NCBI GenBank assembly: GCA_002633005.1
Contig: NMRA01000704.1
Coordinates: 130,902-194,901 of the forward strand
From: Phoronis australis
Lineage: Eukaryota > Animalia > Phoronida
Length of the DNA stretch: 64,000 nt
Reading direction: 5' to 3'
Each line of letters begins with the position of its first letter. Positions within the stretch are counted from its first letter, which is position 1. Of the stretch, positions 27,802 to 39,108 are shown piece after piece. The position numbers and the translations under genes are program-made. The notes under the pieces were generated by a model. The model saw only the letters and a list, made by a program, of their open reading frames with translations, searched no databases and was not told where the DNA came from.

Positions 27802-29679
27802 AAAGAATCCTACACGAGTCTCAGGTTTATGACATGGTCAAAACCTCTTGGAAATTTCCTCAAAATCCCGAGGCTTTCCGAGGGATTTTGACGAAATTTC
27901 CAAGAGTTGCCCAAGTCATCAATCTGAGTCGAGTGTAGGATTTACTTTCTCACTTGAACCGTAAAAACGATCTTTGTCGAAAAAAATCGACGTGTCTAAA
28001 ACGTTCACCCAGATGACGCAACTTTTGCAAAAACATGCTTGCGCAATGAACAGCAATTCAGTTACTTTTTGTTAATAGCTATATTTTAAGCTTAACAATT
28101 GTAAATTGCATTCAGCTTTCTTAGTAAATATTCAAGTTAGAATCTAATACATAGTCTAAACTTAAAAATGCTTATAAATAACTGTCAGCAAGATTTCCCC
28201 GCGCGTGAGCACCGGATTGACCTTGAGACAGCACAGCTAGACGGTCTCTCCGCGTTTCTTGGGTTGGGGCTCGTCTCCGTTCGTGGTTATGGGATTCGCC
28301 GCCGAATATGGGTCCGTTTAAGAGGTTGTTTGCATGTCCTTCCGACTGGGAGTACAGTTGCGACACCCCATTTATCAATCATATCCTTGTCACCTTTTCG
28401 GAATTCCGGCATTGTTTGGTTGGCGCGCGTTTGGTTGTTTTAGTGTTTTGCAGACTATAAAATGTAAGGTATATGGATTTCGTCTTTGCACTACTTTGTG
28501 ATTCGACCACGTAATATATAGGCCTACACAAAACGTATCGAGAGTGGCGTACATGAAATAATATCCCACGATACGTGGAATAATGTCGAGTGAGACATAA
28601 ACATGTACGCCACTCGAGGCACGTTTTGTATTTATCCCATACGCATCGAATTCGTGAGTTTCTTTTGTTTTCTTTCGAAATTTTAGGAATACTTCTCCTA
28701 ACTGGTTACGTGGCGAATCACAACTTGTTGTGTATGTACGTGCGCGTTATAGTGCTAACTTACTATAGTAAAAGAAAACAGTTTTAAATGTAACGGTTTA
28801 TTACTTGAAATTGATAAAAAGTTTGAAAACGACAGTCACTGTGCATTGAACTTGTATCATATTCCGAAAATAAATAAATAAGAAGAATATTTATAACATT
28901 TTAAAATTCCCATCGGGTAGCTGCACTCAGTCATGAAACTAGGTCATTGACCGAAGCGCGTAGCCTACACGTCGTCTGTTTTCACGAAGATGGTAACAGT
29001 GCCACCATTGACGGCAGCTCCTGCGAGTATGGCTGTTGTAGCGTTGTTGCAGGTACGTTGTCGCATTTCTACGGATTCTGTGGACTTGGTACAAAGCTGT
29101 ATACTAAATACACGACAGCTGTTCATACAGCTAGCTGGCTGGCCACGGTCGGATTCTGTAGCATGGGTAGGTTCACATGTAGCTGGGACGGTCGTCGTTG
29201 CTGCTCGTGTAATACTGTCGCCGATAGTATCGGGTGCTGTCATGGCCAGTGACAACAGTGTTTGATATCGGCGAAGAATCGGTGCCTGAGTTGCAGACGG
29301 TATAATACATAGAAATTGAAAACTGTGACAGAACTGTCATACAATTAACAGTCCTGTTCCAGATGTTACGATTGATACCTGGTTGCATGTTGAGTGGTAT
29401 TTATACTGCTACAATTGTATTACTTTAAGCTATTTTCCGAAAGTTTGATGATCTAACCGGCTAACGACGTCGAGTCGACATTGACCTACCTTTTGAACCT
29501 TCAATGTCAGAGGTCACTGTTGAAGTAGTGCGGGATGTGAATACGGAATACATTATTACATACATTATTACATGGCCGTATTTCCCTCGACAGATTCAAC
29601 GCGTATGGGAAAAAAGTTTACGTACTCGGTGTTATTAGCCAGTCGTGTCGTAACACATTCCAGGTCATGTGAGAAAAGC
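27802..29679 (+). repeat. Family B hairpin-ended element, interrupted by family C
   Basis: Long hairpin centred on aaatcccgaggctttccgagggattt (~27810-27940). 27860-28510 plus 29610-29679 match the reverse complement of the uninterrupted copy at 52620-53245. Confidence 0.75.
28526..29612 (+). repeat. Family C hairpin-ended element
   Basis: ~100-bp palindrome acaaaacgtatcgagagtggcgtacatg...catgtacgccactcgaggcacgttttgt, followed by ttatcccatacgc; ends gcgtatggga. Collinear with 49758-50460. Confidence 0.8.
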
Positions 29680-30939
29680 ATGTCGGGACGTTTTGAAAAC
29701 AGTACGCTCGTGATACGCGCAGTCATGTCCCAATTTTTGCGACATCTCTCGGGAGATGATGACAGCTTCCCAGCAGCAAATCTGTTCCGAAATTCGGTTT
29801 GCTGGTATCAAAATTCTAAAAACTTATAATGAAGTGAAACCAGTTCTAATAATTTGTTTTGACGTGTACGCAACCTCGTGAAAGAACAACAGTTGATTGA
29901 AGAGTCGAGGAGAAAAAGAAACTGGCCAAAAAGTGACGCAATATTCCATGGCGTGGAAAGCCTACGCAAAAAATCGCACCACAACTTTAGCTACAGATTA
30001 AAGGTAGAACGCGAATTTTTCCAACACCGGCAAATAATAATTTACTCAAGGAAGAGTGTACTTTTTAATGACACTAATTTTGTGTCATTTTATTTGGTCA
30101 GTTTTTTACCAACAGCGGCGCAAAGCTGTGTATTCAGTACACAGCTTTTCGCCTAGGCTTTGTTTTTGGTGCAAAACTCTAAGAAAGGGTAACCATGGAA
30201 GCCTGGTACAGATGAATAAAATAGATGCTGGAATGCCGTGTAGTAAACAACGGATAGTAAAAGTAAGACGGCGAGTGTCGGTACTAAAATATATTAGAAT
30301 AGTCCTCACGTTTCCAGCTATACGCTCGTTATCAAGGGCATGACACTCGCTGGTTCCCTGCGTGCCGCTAGGTGGTCAGTAGCCAGCACGCACGTATCAC
30401 TTACTCGCTGGTGCCCTAGGTACCTAGCCAGCACACAGGTATCACGCAGTGGCACGCGCTTTAGCATTGGTTGTTGTGCACAGGATTGTCTGCCTATGGC
30501 CGTTAATTTTCATGCCCAAATTGTCTCCCCAAAATACCAAGCGTGAGGAGATTTGACACACCTAATGAGACATACAATACCCGCACTCGAGCACGAGATC
30601 TTGTCCATCATTCGACACGAGACGACGTCACGACTAATGACAGATTCCCCTGATATACAAGGGCAACTCAGGCACCTGGGTTTTTCACATCTCACCTAGC
30701 ACACCTGCTGGTGATCTACGTTTGTATGTTAGTGAATCTGCTTCTACCTAGAATATTCTTCAGATTGGAAGGCTGTCTGTAGACCAGACGTGGCGATACC
30801 GGGGAAAACCTTGGTCAAATACTCGTCGTCTAACCCTTCCTCTCATCATGCGTACTCCACTGTTAGTTGTCGTGGCCGATATTGTTCCTACTGTCTATCG
30901 TGTATCACCATGCGGTCGCCTGCCCACAGTCTCAAAAAA

Positions 30940-31745
30940 GTGATACATGTCTGTAATGGTGAAAATGTTAGTATGGAAAGCAATGGTGAACATGTTAGTA
31001 TGGAAAGCAAGCGTTTAAAATGGGAAACGATGAAAATGAAAATAGGAGAATTTACCATAGGGTTTTCAAAAAGAAAATCGAAAATGAACAACACTTTAGA
31101 GAATAGCTTAGTAAATCAAATTAATTTCCTAACTGGTGAATTAGCTACAGGCAAGGTAGATAAGAAAGACTGTTTAGGACTTAGAAATGGTTACGTCAAA
31201 GCTGACATTGCTGCAGTCTCATAAAATACAGGGTCACATAATACGAGCAAGGTTCAGATAGGGGTAATACAATTCCATTTTTGGTAGTCAAGAAAAGAAT
31301 GTGTTGGTATTATTAAAAATGAAAATGATAAAATCATCAAGAATAGTTCAGAAATTAAAGCAGAACTGGTTGTTTATATCTTTATTTTTTATGCTACTGG
31401 TCACTGACTTGATCCGGATATTACTCCTACAAATCTCCGAACTTTCGAATACATTAGAACCTTATAATGCAGATTTATTAGACAAACCGTTGTCTGACGA
31501 AGAATTTGTTGAAGTATTAAATAACTCTAAGAATAATAAATCTCCATGAAATGTTCAGTTATGAATTCTTCAAGCGTTTTTGGCAGAAAGACACAAGGAA
31601 CGCCTTTTAGTATGTTTTAAAGTTGGCAATCTATGACCACCACAAAAGCAAGGAGTGATTACCCTCCAAAGATGAGGCTGAAATGTTGTCGTTAAATAAT
31701 TGGAGACCCATATCGTTATTTAATGTTGATTACAAATTAAAGATT
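30940..31745 (+). mobile_element. Degenerate L1/Tx1-clade LINE ORF2 fragment (linker and start of RT)
   Basis: Broken frames give KWETMKMKIGEFTIGFSKRK, G.IIRAR, LDKPLSDEEFVEVLNNSKNNKSP, F.KRFW, QKQGVIT and NNWRPISLFNVDYK, typical pre-RT/RT motifs of Tx1/L1. Confidence 0.85.
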
Positions 31746-32774
31746 TGCAATGAAATCAAGATGTGTAATGAGATAACATAATACGGCGCAATAAGAGTAA
31801 ATAGAAAGTCTGTAACGCAGAGTTACATATACAGCCCATTTTGGCTCATAAACGAAGTAAATAAGAATCTTTAGCGAGCGAAGAAAAGTCTTCTTGTCAG
31901 TGGTGCACAACCTACAGTACGTACTCCATATTCATGAGACATACCTTGGAGCCCAACTTCGCATACTCATGAAATCCAGACAAAATGTATTAGTAACCGG
32001 GCGTCTAATAGCCGAAGTATTATACATTTTTGCATATAAAATTTTGAAAAATACACCAGTACGAAATTTCATAGCGGAGTGGTAGTAAATCTTTGGAGTA
32101 GTAGGCTGTTCCTATTTACAAGCAACTTATGTAACACGCAAAAATATCACCTAAAATTTCGTCGAGTTGTTCTCCGACTAAACATTTCAATCCGAGTATG
32201 CGATGAGGTATAATCACTGATGTAAAACGCCTTGTTTGAAAGTTTGCCAAAGGTTAACGAGTAGTAATCCAGTGAGGAATTTTTCTTTCTGGACATTCTG
32301 AATTTTGGGCCGGTTTTTTTGCAAGTAACCGCCATGGCATCCCCATTTCTACGATTACGAATTCCGTCTCGTCTCAGAAAAATGGAGCCGAGAATCAACG
32401 TCGTGTACAGGGATTTCCCTTCGGCCGAGATTTAAGCTGCATAAGGGCGCTATCGAAAATCTTAAGTGCTTAGCCTAACGTTTGGCGGCGAAACATCATC
32501 AACAGGTCCCCCGCTTTAGAGATTAAAACCATCCCTTGCGCAATGCTGACTACGAGCCTGCGGCATATGTATAGAGAACAAAATTTATCCAAAATCGCGG
32601 CCATAGTTTGTTGGCCTAAAGCGCCTCGTTTCAGTCTGCGGCCGGCTCAACCAGGTCAACCAAAACCACTCAGATGTGTGTGCAGGTGTGCCCAGATGAA
32701 CCATCTTAGTGAATCAAGTGCAGCCTCTGCTAAACATTTCATCCGTTTTAAGTTTTCCATATTTCTATTTACAG

Positions 32775-32802
32775 CGTGAAGACGGAGACCAAGATACTGA
32801 AG
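32775..32802 (+). CDS. Host gene exon 2 (tentative 28-nt micro-exon, REDGDQDTE)
   Basis: Pyrimidine tract + tttacag acceptor, AG|GTGTGT donor. Phase 0 in and phase 1 out exactly bridges exons 1 and 3. Confidence 0.45.
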
Positions 32803-34498
32803 GTGTGTTTGAACATGTGTGTTAAAAGCTTATAGATGTATGTTTAAAGGCACATTTCATCGTTATAACCAAAGGAACATGCAAATGATTAACTAACTTG
32901 TCTACTTTACCACGCAAACAAAGCTCAATGTTCCCCGTACTACGATAAAATGGACTTCCAAGCACATGGCATTTACAAAAAAGTCCAAAAATAACTAAGT
33001 CGAACACGATTGGTGCATTCTTTCAAAACTGCATCACTTTTAATGTGTCATTTACAGATGATATTTTCAAATTGATCCCAGTAGCCAATTAATATCATGA
33101 CAAGGGAATGTTAAAGGCACGTAGCACTCGATTTGATTTCAATTTTTTTACCATTTTTAATCAGTCTGTGTCCATATCACCTCGTGCTCAGTCCACCACA
33201 CTAGTTCAAGAGATGTCGGCTTCAGCGATGAAGAAAGTGAGGACAAAAATCAATGACCTCAAGTGGTCTTGCGGTATATGTGTGTCGCTATTTCTGATTT
33301 AGGAAGGTTCCTATAAAGAAGAATCAAAGCCGTCTAGCTATTTTTAGTTACTCCTGTAGTGATCTTTTCGTGCTACCAATGACTGCAAATGTGTTCAAAA
33401 AGTCATAAATAACTTTGATTGCCTTCCCGGATTCACAAATGAAGTCGACCGGGTTCGAGGTATCCGTGTTGGTGCCAATGTTAATTATATGGAATTCCCA
33501 ACATAGAGCGCATTGATTGCTTGTATAAAACTTTTGCCCAGACGGAATTTATTGAACGGAAACTCGTATCGGGGTATGTTTCCACAACTGGTGTCAGGGG
33601 TAAGTTGGTATTTTTCCAGCTCTAGTCGACTTACTGAGTAAAAACGACCAATCCACCGAAGTATAGTTATCAGCACAAAGCATGATTGCTTCAGTGGTGT
33701 TCGACTTCAAGAACTTCCAGTGCAACTAGCGCCGAGACTGCGTTCACTTACGATCAGTTACTCTCCGGGTCGGGGCCTCCCAACGGTCAGTTTTTGTTTA
33801 CCAAAGGTTACAATTTGTCAAGTCTTCAATACAGTACACGGCAATGATCTTTCCTAAATACACAAAACCGGCTAAAATTGCGGCCTGAGAAATTTGCGGT
33901 CGCGAGAAACGACATCTGACAGTGCTTTTAAAAACTTTCAAATTTTTAGAAAATCAAAAATTATTGAAATAAATTAACTCATTAGTTAAAAAATTTAATC
34001 GAAGGGGTTTTGCAGGGTTGCTTGGTGTTATTTTGGTGCAAAACGATAATGCCAGGCGATAACTTTTCTTGATTTGTGCTTAAGGGTTAACTACGCGGCA
34101 CACAGCCACAACCGTTTGACGCCACAGGCCAATTTTAATACCTTCGCTTATCGCTTAGTGTCAGGTAAGACTTGAACGTGCTGTTCTCGAATGGAACTAA
34201 TCGAACTGACCTCAGCTGATGGAAAATACGTCTTTTTGGTGACATGCTCCTTAAATACCAATAGGTTGAACTACTATTGGCGAAGCCAGAAGCAGTTAAG
34301 CAGGTGTCTTAAAAAGGATACTAAACTTTATTTTAGGGATTTCGGTCAATCTTTATTCTGTCACCGGCTAATGCACCATCCGTGTTTTGATGAAAATCGT
34401 AAAAAAGCACTTGCTCACTGTTAACATTAAATGAATTGTGTGGGTTATGGGCGTCTGAAAACACATTGACCTCAATCAAAGTACGTTGTTTATTGCAG

Positions 34499-34547
34499 TT
34501 GTGAAGTATAGTCACTGGAACCAAGGACGTATGACGTTGGTTTACAG
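34499..34547 (+). CDS. Host gene exon 3 (VKYSHWNQGRMTLVY)
   Basis: ttgcag acceptor, CAG|GTAAAC donor; phase 1 in, phase 2 out, compatible with exon 4. Confidence 0.6.
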
Positions 34548-35492
34548 GTAAACACTAAACTATCGGCTAAAATCATCAAGCAGAACTGTCGTTACCATTC
34601 CATGAAACTTGACTTCTCAGTCATTTTAAAAGTTTTACGGTCTTAAGACCAAAAGTTGTTAAAACCAAAACACGGGCTCAGTTAATTAAGAAACCGAAGA
34701 GAAACATTCCTAAAGGTACGAAGTCGATCTTTAGTCAGGCCGATTTTAAACCAGTTTTCGACATACTCTCGAGTCAAGTCTGGCAGAAATTTTTTGTGGT
34801 AATGCCGTCACGAGCTCTGGGGCTAGTTTCATGAAAAACAACCCAAGAGTTATGACTTAAGACCAAATGTTTCTCTATGTTAAGAAAAGAAATCGGACAG
34901 AAAGCAGTGGCGGATTCAGAGGGAGGTCAATTGGATCATGGTCCACCAAAACTCTCCCAGATTCCATTTGGCATTTTGGGGATGGGAATATCTGACGGCC
35001 AAAATCCTTGCTAATACTCTGCCCTGGTCTCCCTAACCGAATCCTTTCTTAATCTTCGGCCTTGACCTTGAAACGCCACAAGTGGCGATTTATTTACAAA
35101 GTTCACCTTGTCGAAAGCAGGCCGCATTCAATGTGACAATGTTTAGGGACTTTAGATTGGAAACATATCAACGAAATTTGTTTCTCTATAATTCACGCTC
35201 ATATTACTCTTAAAATTTGAGCATTTAGACCACAGATCAAGCGTAGCAGGTCTTAGCTTAAACTGATTTCCGTCGGTCTTAATTGTGATTTTAAGAAATT
35301 TCATAAAACGCGTCTAAGGCATTTTAGTCACATGTTAGCCCGTTGTCGGCATAACTGAGCACAGAAAAGCTTTCGTGGAACGGGTTCCTTTTCTCTTTTG
35401 TTTTCAATTGGTTATCAACTAAAAAATCTTTAGCTGCCTGATTTCAGCTCGGTGAATGTGTTCTAGCGAAACTGCTGTACTCTTTTCTTCAG

Positions 35493-35637
35493 TGGTTTAA
35501 CCGGTACTAATACTCTTCTCTACGAGCACGGTGCCAGGTTTGAAGGAAATGAGAAGGTCTACGTGAAAAATGCTCCACTAGACACCATGCGTACTCAAAG
35601 TTTCACGGTCTTCGCAAGGATAATGACAAGCATCAAG
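35493..35637 (+). CDS. Host gene exon 4: start of LamG/ConA-like domain
   Basis: tcttttcttcag acceptor; GLTGTNTLLYEHGARFEGNEKVYVKNAPLDTMRTQSFTVFARIMTSIK (a.FdG....v....sFTv.a.i pattern); AAG|GTAAAT donor, phase 0. Confidence 0.75.
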
Positions 35638-35966
35638 GTAAATCTGTCTGCATTATAAGTCGCCAGTTGCTACAAATTCTTGAAGTTACAAATAACGTAA
35701 GAACCCAGCTACGGAAGACTCAACCTCACAATTATCGGGAATTTGAGAAGCAGATATTTTTTGCCCGTCAGTCGTGAGCTAGTAAATTATGTGATATCGG
35801 GATCTCCACGTGATCCGCTCTTGTACATGTACTTAGCCTGTCAGAATTGCTGCTTCAAAAACTGGAGAAACAACCCTACTTGTTCTTCGTAATGACTGAG
35901 TGTAATACGGTTATTTTCAAGTTTTAATAAGTTTTACCTGGCCATTATCAGTAGGTGCGGTGGTCT

Positions 35967-37386
35967 TAGACCGGCAGCCCAGAGCACTTACCAAAGGAGC
36001 ACTTAGAATCTACCTTAGTATATACAGAAATGGACGTCTGCCGTTGTCTGCACTCTGGGTGTGTCCTCTGAAGACCTTACAAGGGACCCGAAAATTAACT
36101 GCATTGGATAGACAAGGTACCGGACAAAACTGATTTAAAACGACAATAGTACCGCGCTGAACTCCGAATGACCCCTGACAGGCAAACTGCACTTTGAAAT
36201 GAGTCCAGCAGAAACCAATGANNNNNNNNNNNNNNNNGTCCCCCCCCCCCCCCAAATGAGCTAGTTCCTACATTTGACGTTCCACAAAAACAATTCCATG
36301 TGATTCAATACATGTTAGTGATCACTAAATGCCCCGTGACAGACAAAATACACTCTTGCTTGTGCCCGTCAGAAATCCCCAAAAATCTGAGCCACAATAT
36401 GTCATTGAAAGTTTGAGCTACATCACATACTCGAGGTACCCGCTAAAACTGACTTAAAACCAACAATCGTACCGGATGACCCATGACAGAAAAAGTTTGT
36501 CCTCTGAAAAGGTTTTTCCAGGAACTCAAAAAACAACGCCCAAAAAGGAGCTAGGTCACATATTCGAGGTACCACAATAAACAATGCCATGTGATTCATA
36601 TACCGGTAGATGTCACTGGTTACAAATTGTCCTGTGACAGACAAAACCTACTCTGGGTTTTGAGCGCCAGCCCCAGAAATCTCAACCACGTAATTCTGTT
36701 GAAAATCGGTGATATATTAGATAATGAAAATCCCTATTTAATCTTGGTAGAGTTTTGTAGAATGAATTTCGAGAAGGCTGATGTAGTGATCAAGTACTTC
36801 GTTTGAGTTCATGGCGAATTCTTGTATTTCCGCGCGCACAACCCAGGGTGGGTTTTGTCCGTCACAGGCAATTTAGTAACCAGAAAATCTATTTGAATAA
36901 CATGGAATTGTTTATTGTATATCAGCCGGCTTCTTTTGGGCGTCGTTTTTGAGTTTCTGGTGAACCCTGGTTGACATTTTTGGGCGTTTCTGGAGGGCAC
37001 AACCGAGAGTGCATTTTCTGTCATGAGTTATTAAGTGCTTGAATAACATGGAATAGGTTTTTTGTGGTAACTCGAATTTATGAGCTAGCTCATTTTAAGG
37101 GGTCTTTTTTGGTTTCTGCCGGACCTATTCCAGAGTGCAATTTGTCAGTCATGGGTCATTTGTTGTTCAGTGTGGTACTATTGTCCGTTTCAAGTCAGTT
37201 TTGGTCGGTACCTCGAATATCTAATCTATTTCATTTTTGGCCCCTCGTAAAGACACCAGGGTCACACCCAGAGTGCAGACAACGGCAGATGGCCACATCT
37301 ATATACATGTATACTGAGGTGAATTCTAATGGTTCTTATGTTAGTACCTCGCTTATCTATGTTAAATGATCCTGGCTGCCGGTCTA
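35967..37386. mobile_element. Foldback non-autonomous DNA transposon with long TIRs (Academ-like)
   Basis: tagaccggcagcc...ggctgccggtcta termini, several hundred bp of inverted similarity, internal subrepeats, tct on both flanks. TAG termini with a 3-bp TSD fit Academ (inference). Confidence 0.7.
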
Positions 37387-37481
37387 TCTTTATGAACATC
37401 AAAATTCAGTCAAAATCGTCAAACTTAGGAGATGATTCCAGCTAGTTAGGTCGTTGGGACATGTAAACACCACTGTAGTCC

Positions 37482-38333
37482 GGATTGTTTTAAAACCCCA
37501 TCGACCTCCACCCCCACTCCCTTGACCCACTATCCCCTCAACGCACGACCCCTTGACCCATGACCCCATCGACCCACAACCCACGATTCCCGCGGTCCAT
37601 AACCCCCTCGAACCAGTCTACACAAGCTCGACTCGACTTGAACATAGAACAAGCGCTGACTTGCAGAACCAAAGAGTCGGGCCCTGAGCTCGACTGCCTT
37701 TCCCTGTTTTTTTTACTGGGAGAGTCCATTCGGCAAGGTTGAAAGCGAAAAACAGAAAACTAAGAACGCGACAAAATCAAATCAAAGACCTAGCAACGTT
37801 ACAAATGTTGTTCCAGGCAAAGTGTGGTCGTCTCGTCTGTTCATTTGTGAATAGCAGATTCAAGCCTTATTGGGGAGAGTGCGAGGAACCGACGAAAATA
37901 TAATTTCACCAGTAAATACAGTTTGAAAAAACAAACTATGAACTAAATGTGTATCTCAACTTTACATGAAGTATATTGTAACAGTGTACTGTATATAACA
38001 GAAAGCATTCACGTCAACGTGCTCTCACCCTAAGTTTATTAGAACGAGGCCATTGGTAGCCGCTCGTGGAACTATTTCCGTGAAAACGATAGCACGCACA
38101 CAATTCGCTATTTCAGATCATTTTCTTTCGCCACTTTCTGTTTTTAACCACCAAACTTGAGCCAGAGCTAGTTTGCGTGCACATGTAGGTAAGTCACTAA
38201 TTGACGAAATGTGTAAAAAGCGCAAAGATACATCTATTGCCAGAGGTCGTGGGTCGTAGTGGTTGTGAGTCGAAGGGGTCGTGGGTCGAGGGGGTCGTGG
38301 GGTGTGGGGGTTGAGGGGATTTAGAACGATTCC
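37482..38333. mobile_element. TIR element with subterminal (gaccc)-type micro-repeats
   Basis: ggattgttttaaaacccc at left versus ggggatttagaacgattcc at right; C-rich gaccc repeats on the left and G-rich gggtc repeats on the right. Confidence 0.6.
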
Positions 38334-38377
38334 TATAGAATGCCTTTTTGTCCCACAAAAATGTTTGCGAAGGGAGC

Positions 38378-38945
38378 AGTATAGTTATCATTTACGATGC
38401 CGGTTTGGGAGGCTCTTCGGTCAAAGTCATAGGTCAAAGAGGAAAGGTCAAAGGTCAAGCGTGGCGAGTGCAACCGGAAGTGATATCATCAGCTTACGGG
38501 AAGGAAGTGTCAATGAGGTCACACCTCATGACATACTAAGTTTAATTGGACTCGTTAGAGGCACCTTGATCCAAGGTCAAGGTCATACGTGTAACCGTAA
38601 GTGTCCGGTAAACCGAAAGGTCGAATCGGAAATCGTGACTGTTGACGTCATCAGGTAAGTTAGGGCGGGGCACAGTTCATCACCGGGATGTTTTGTCACT
38701 AAAAAGACGGTTGTGTTTGTTCAACGGATCGAGAGCCGAAACATATGAGGGATTACGCTGCTGAATAAGAACAAAGGGTACCTTATTTCATGTCCGCCAA
38801 GTGTCGTCATTGTAGTATCCCCTTGGTTCTCTCTCACCTACGAGAACAGAAGTCGCGTATAACCAATGAGAGATGATAATCACCCAACTCAACAACCGAT
38901 GTCGCGTAATCTGACCCAGGACCCGACGGTACTAAACAAATAATA
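38378..38945 (+). repeat. Probable Polinton left terminal repeat region
   Basis: Begins agtatagt (Polinton termini typically start AG/AGT), lies just beyond the pPolB stop, is non-coding, and has a diverged copy at 61927-62515. Confidence 0.65.
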
Positions 38946-39108
38946 CTAATAATACTAATAATAAAATGTGACCACCTCAAATAGAACATAAAACTGATAT
39001 TGTTTAAACGTGTAATAATGACAGTACACTTCAAAAATCATCCAGACGTTCAGACACCGTTACCCGTAAAATTAGTCAATTATTAATAGAAATTATTAAA
39101 CATCTGAA

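Larger units (their letters stand above)
27591..30160 (-). repeat. Family A copy (minus strand) split by nested insertions
   Basis: 27591-27801 and 29680-30160 are reverse complements of the two parts of 2881-3715; ends in hairpin aaagctgtgtattcagtacacagcttt...ctaggct. Confidence 0.75.

Noticed and set aside
30957-31010. 27-bp tandem duplication (also the duplicated unit at ~55892-56000)
   Set aside because: Ordinary local duplications with no sign of function.
33058-34164. Extra candidate exons at 33058 and 34085-34164
   Set aside because: 33058 has an in-frame TAA in the required phase. 34085-34164 has a good donor but needs a phase-2 upstream partner that I could not find. Left out, although alternative splicing is not excluded.
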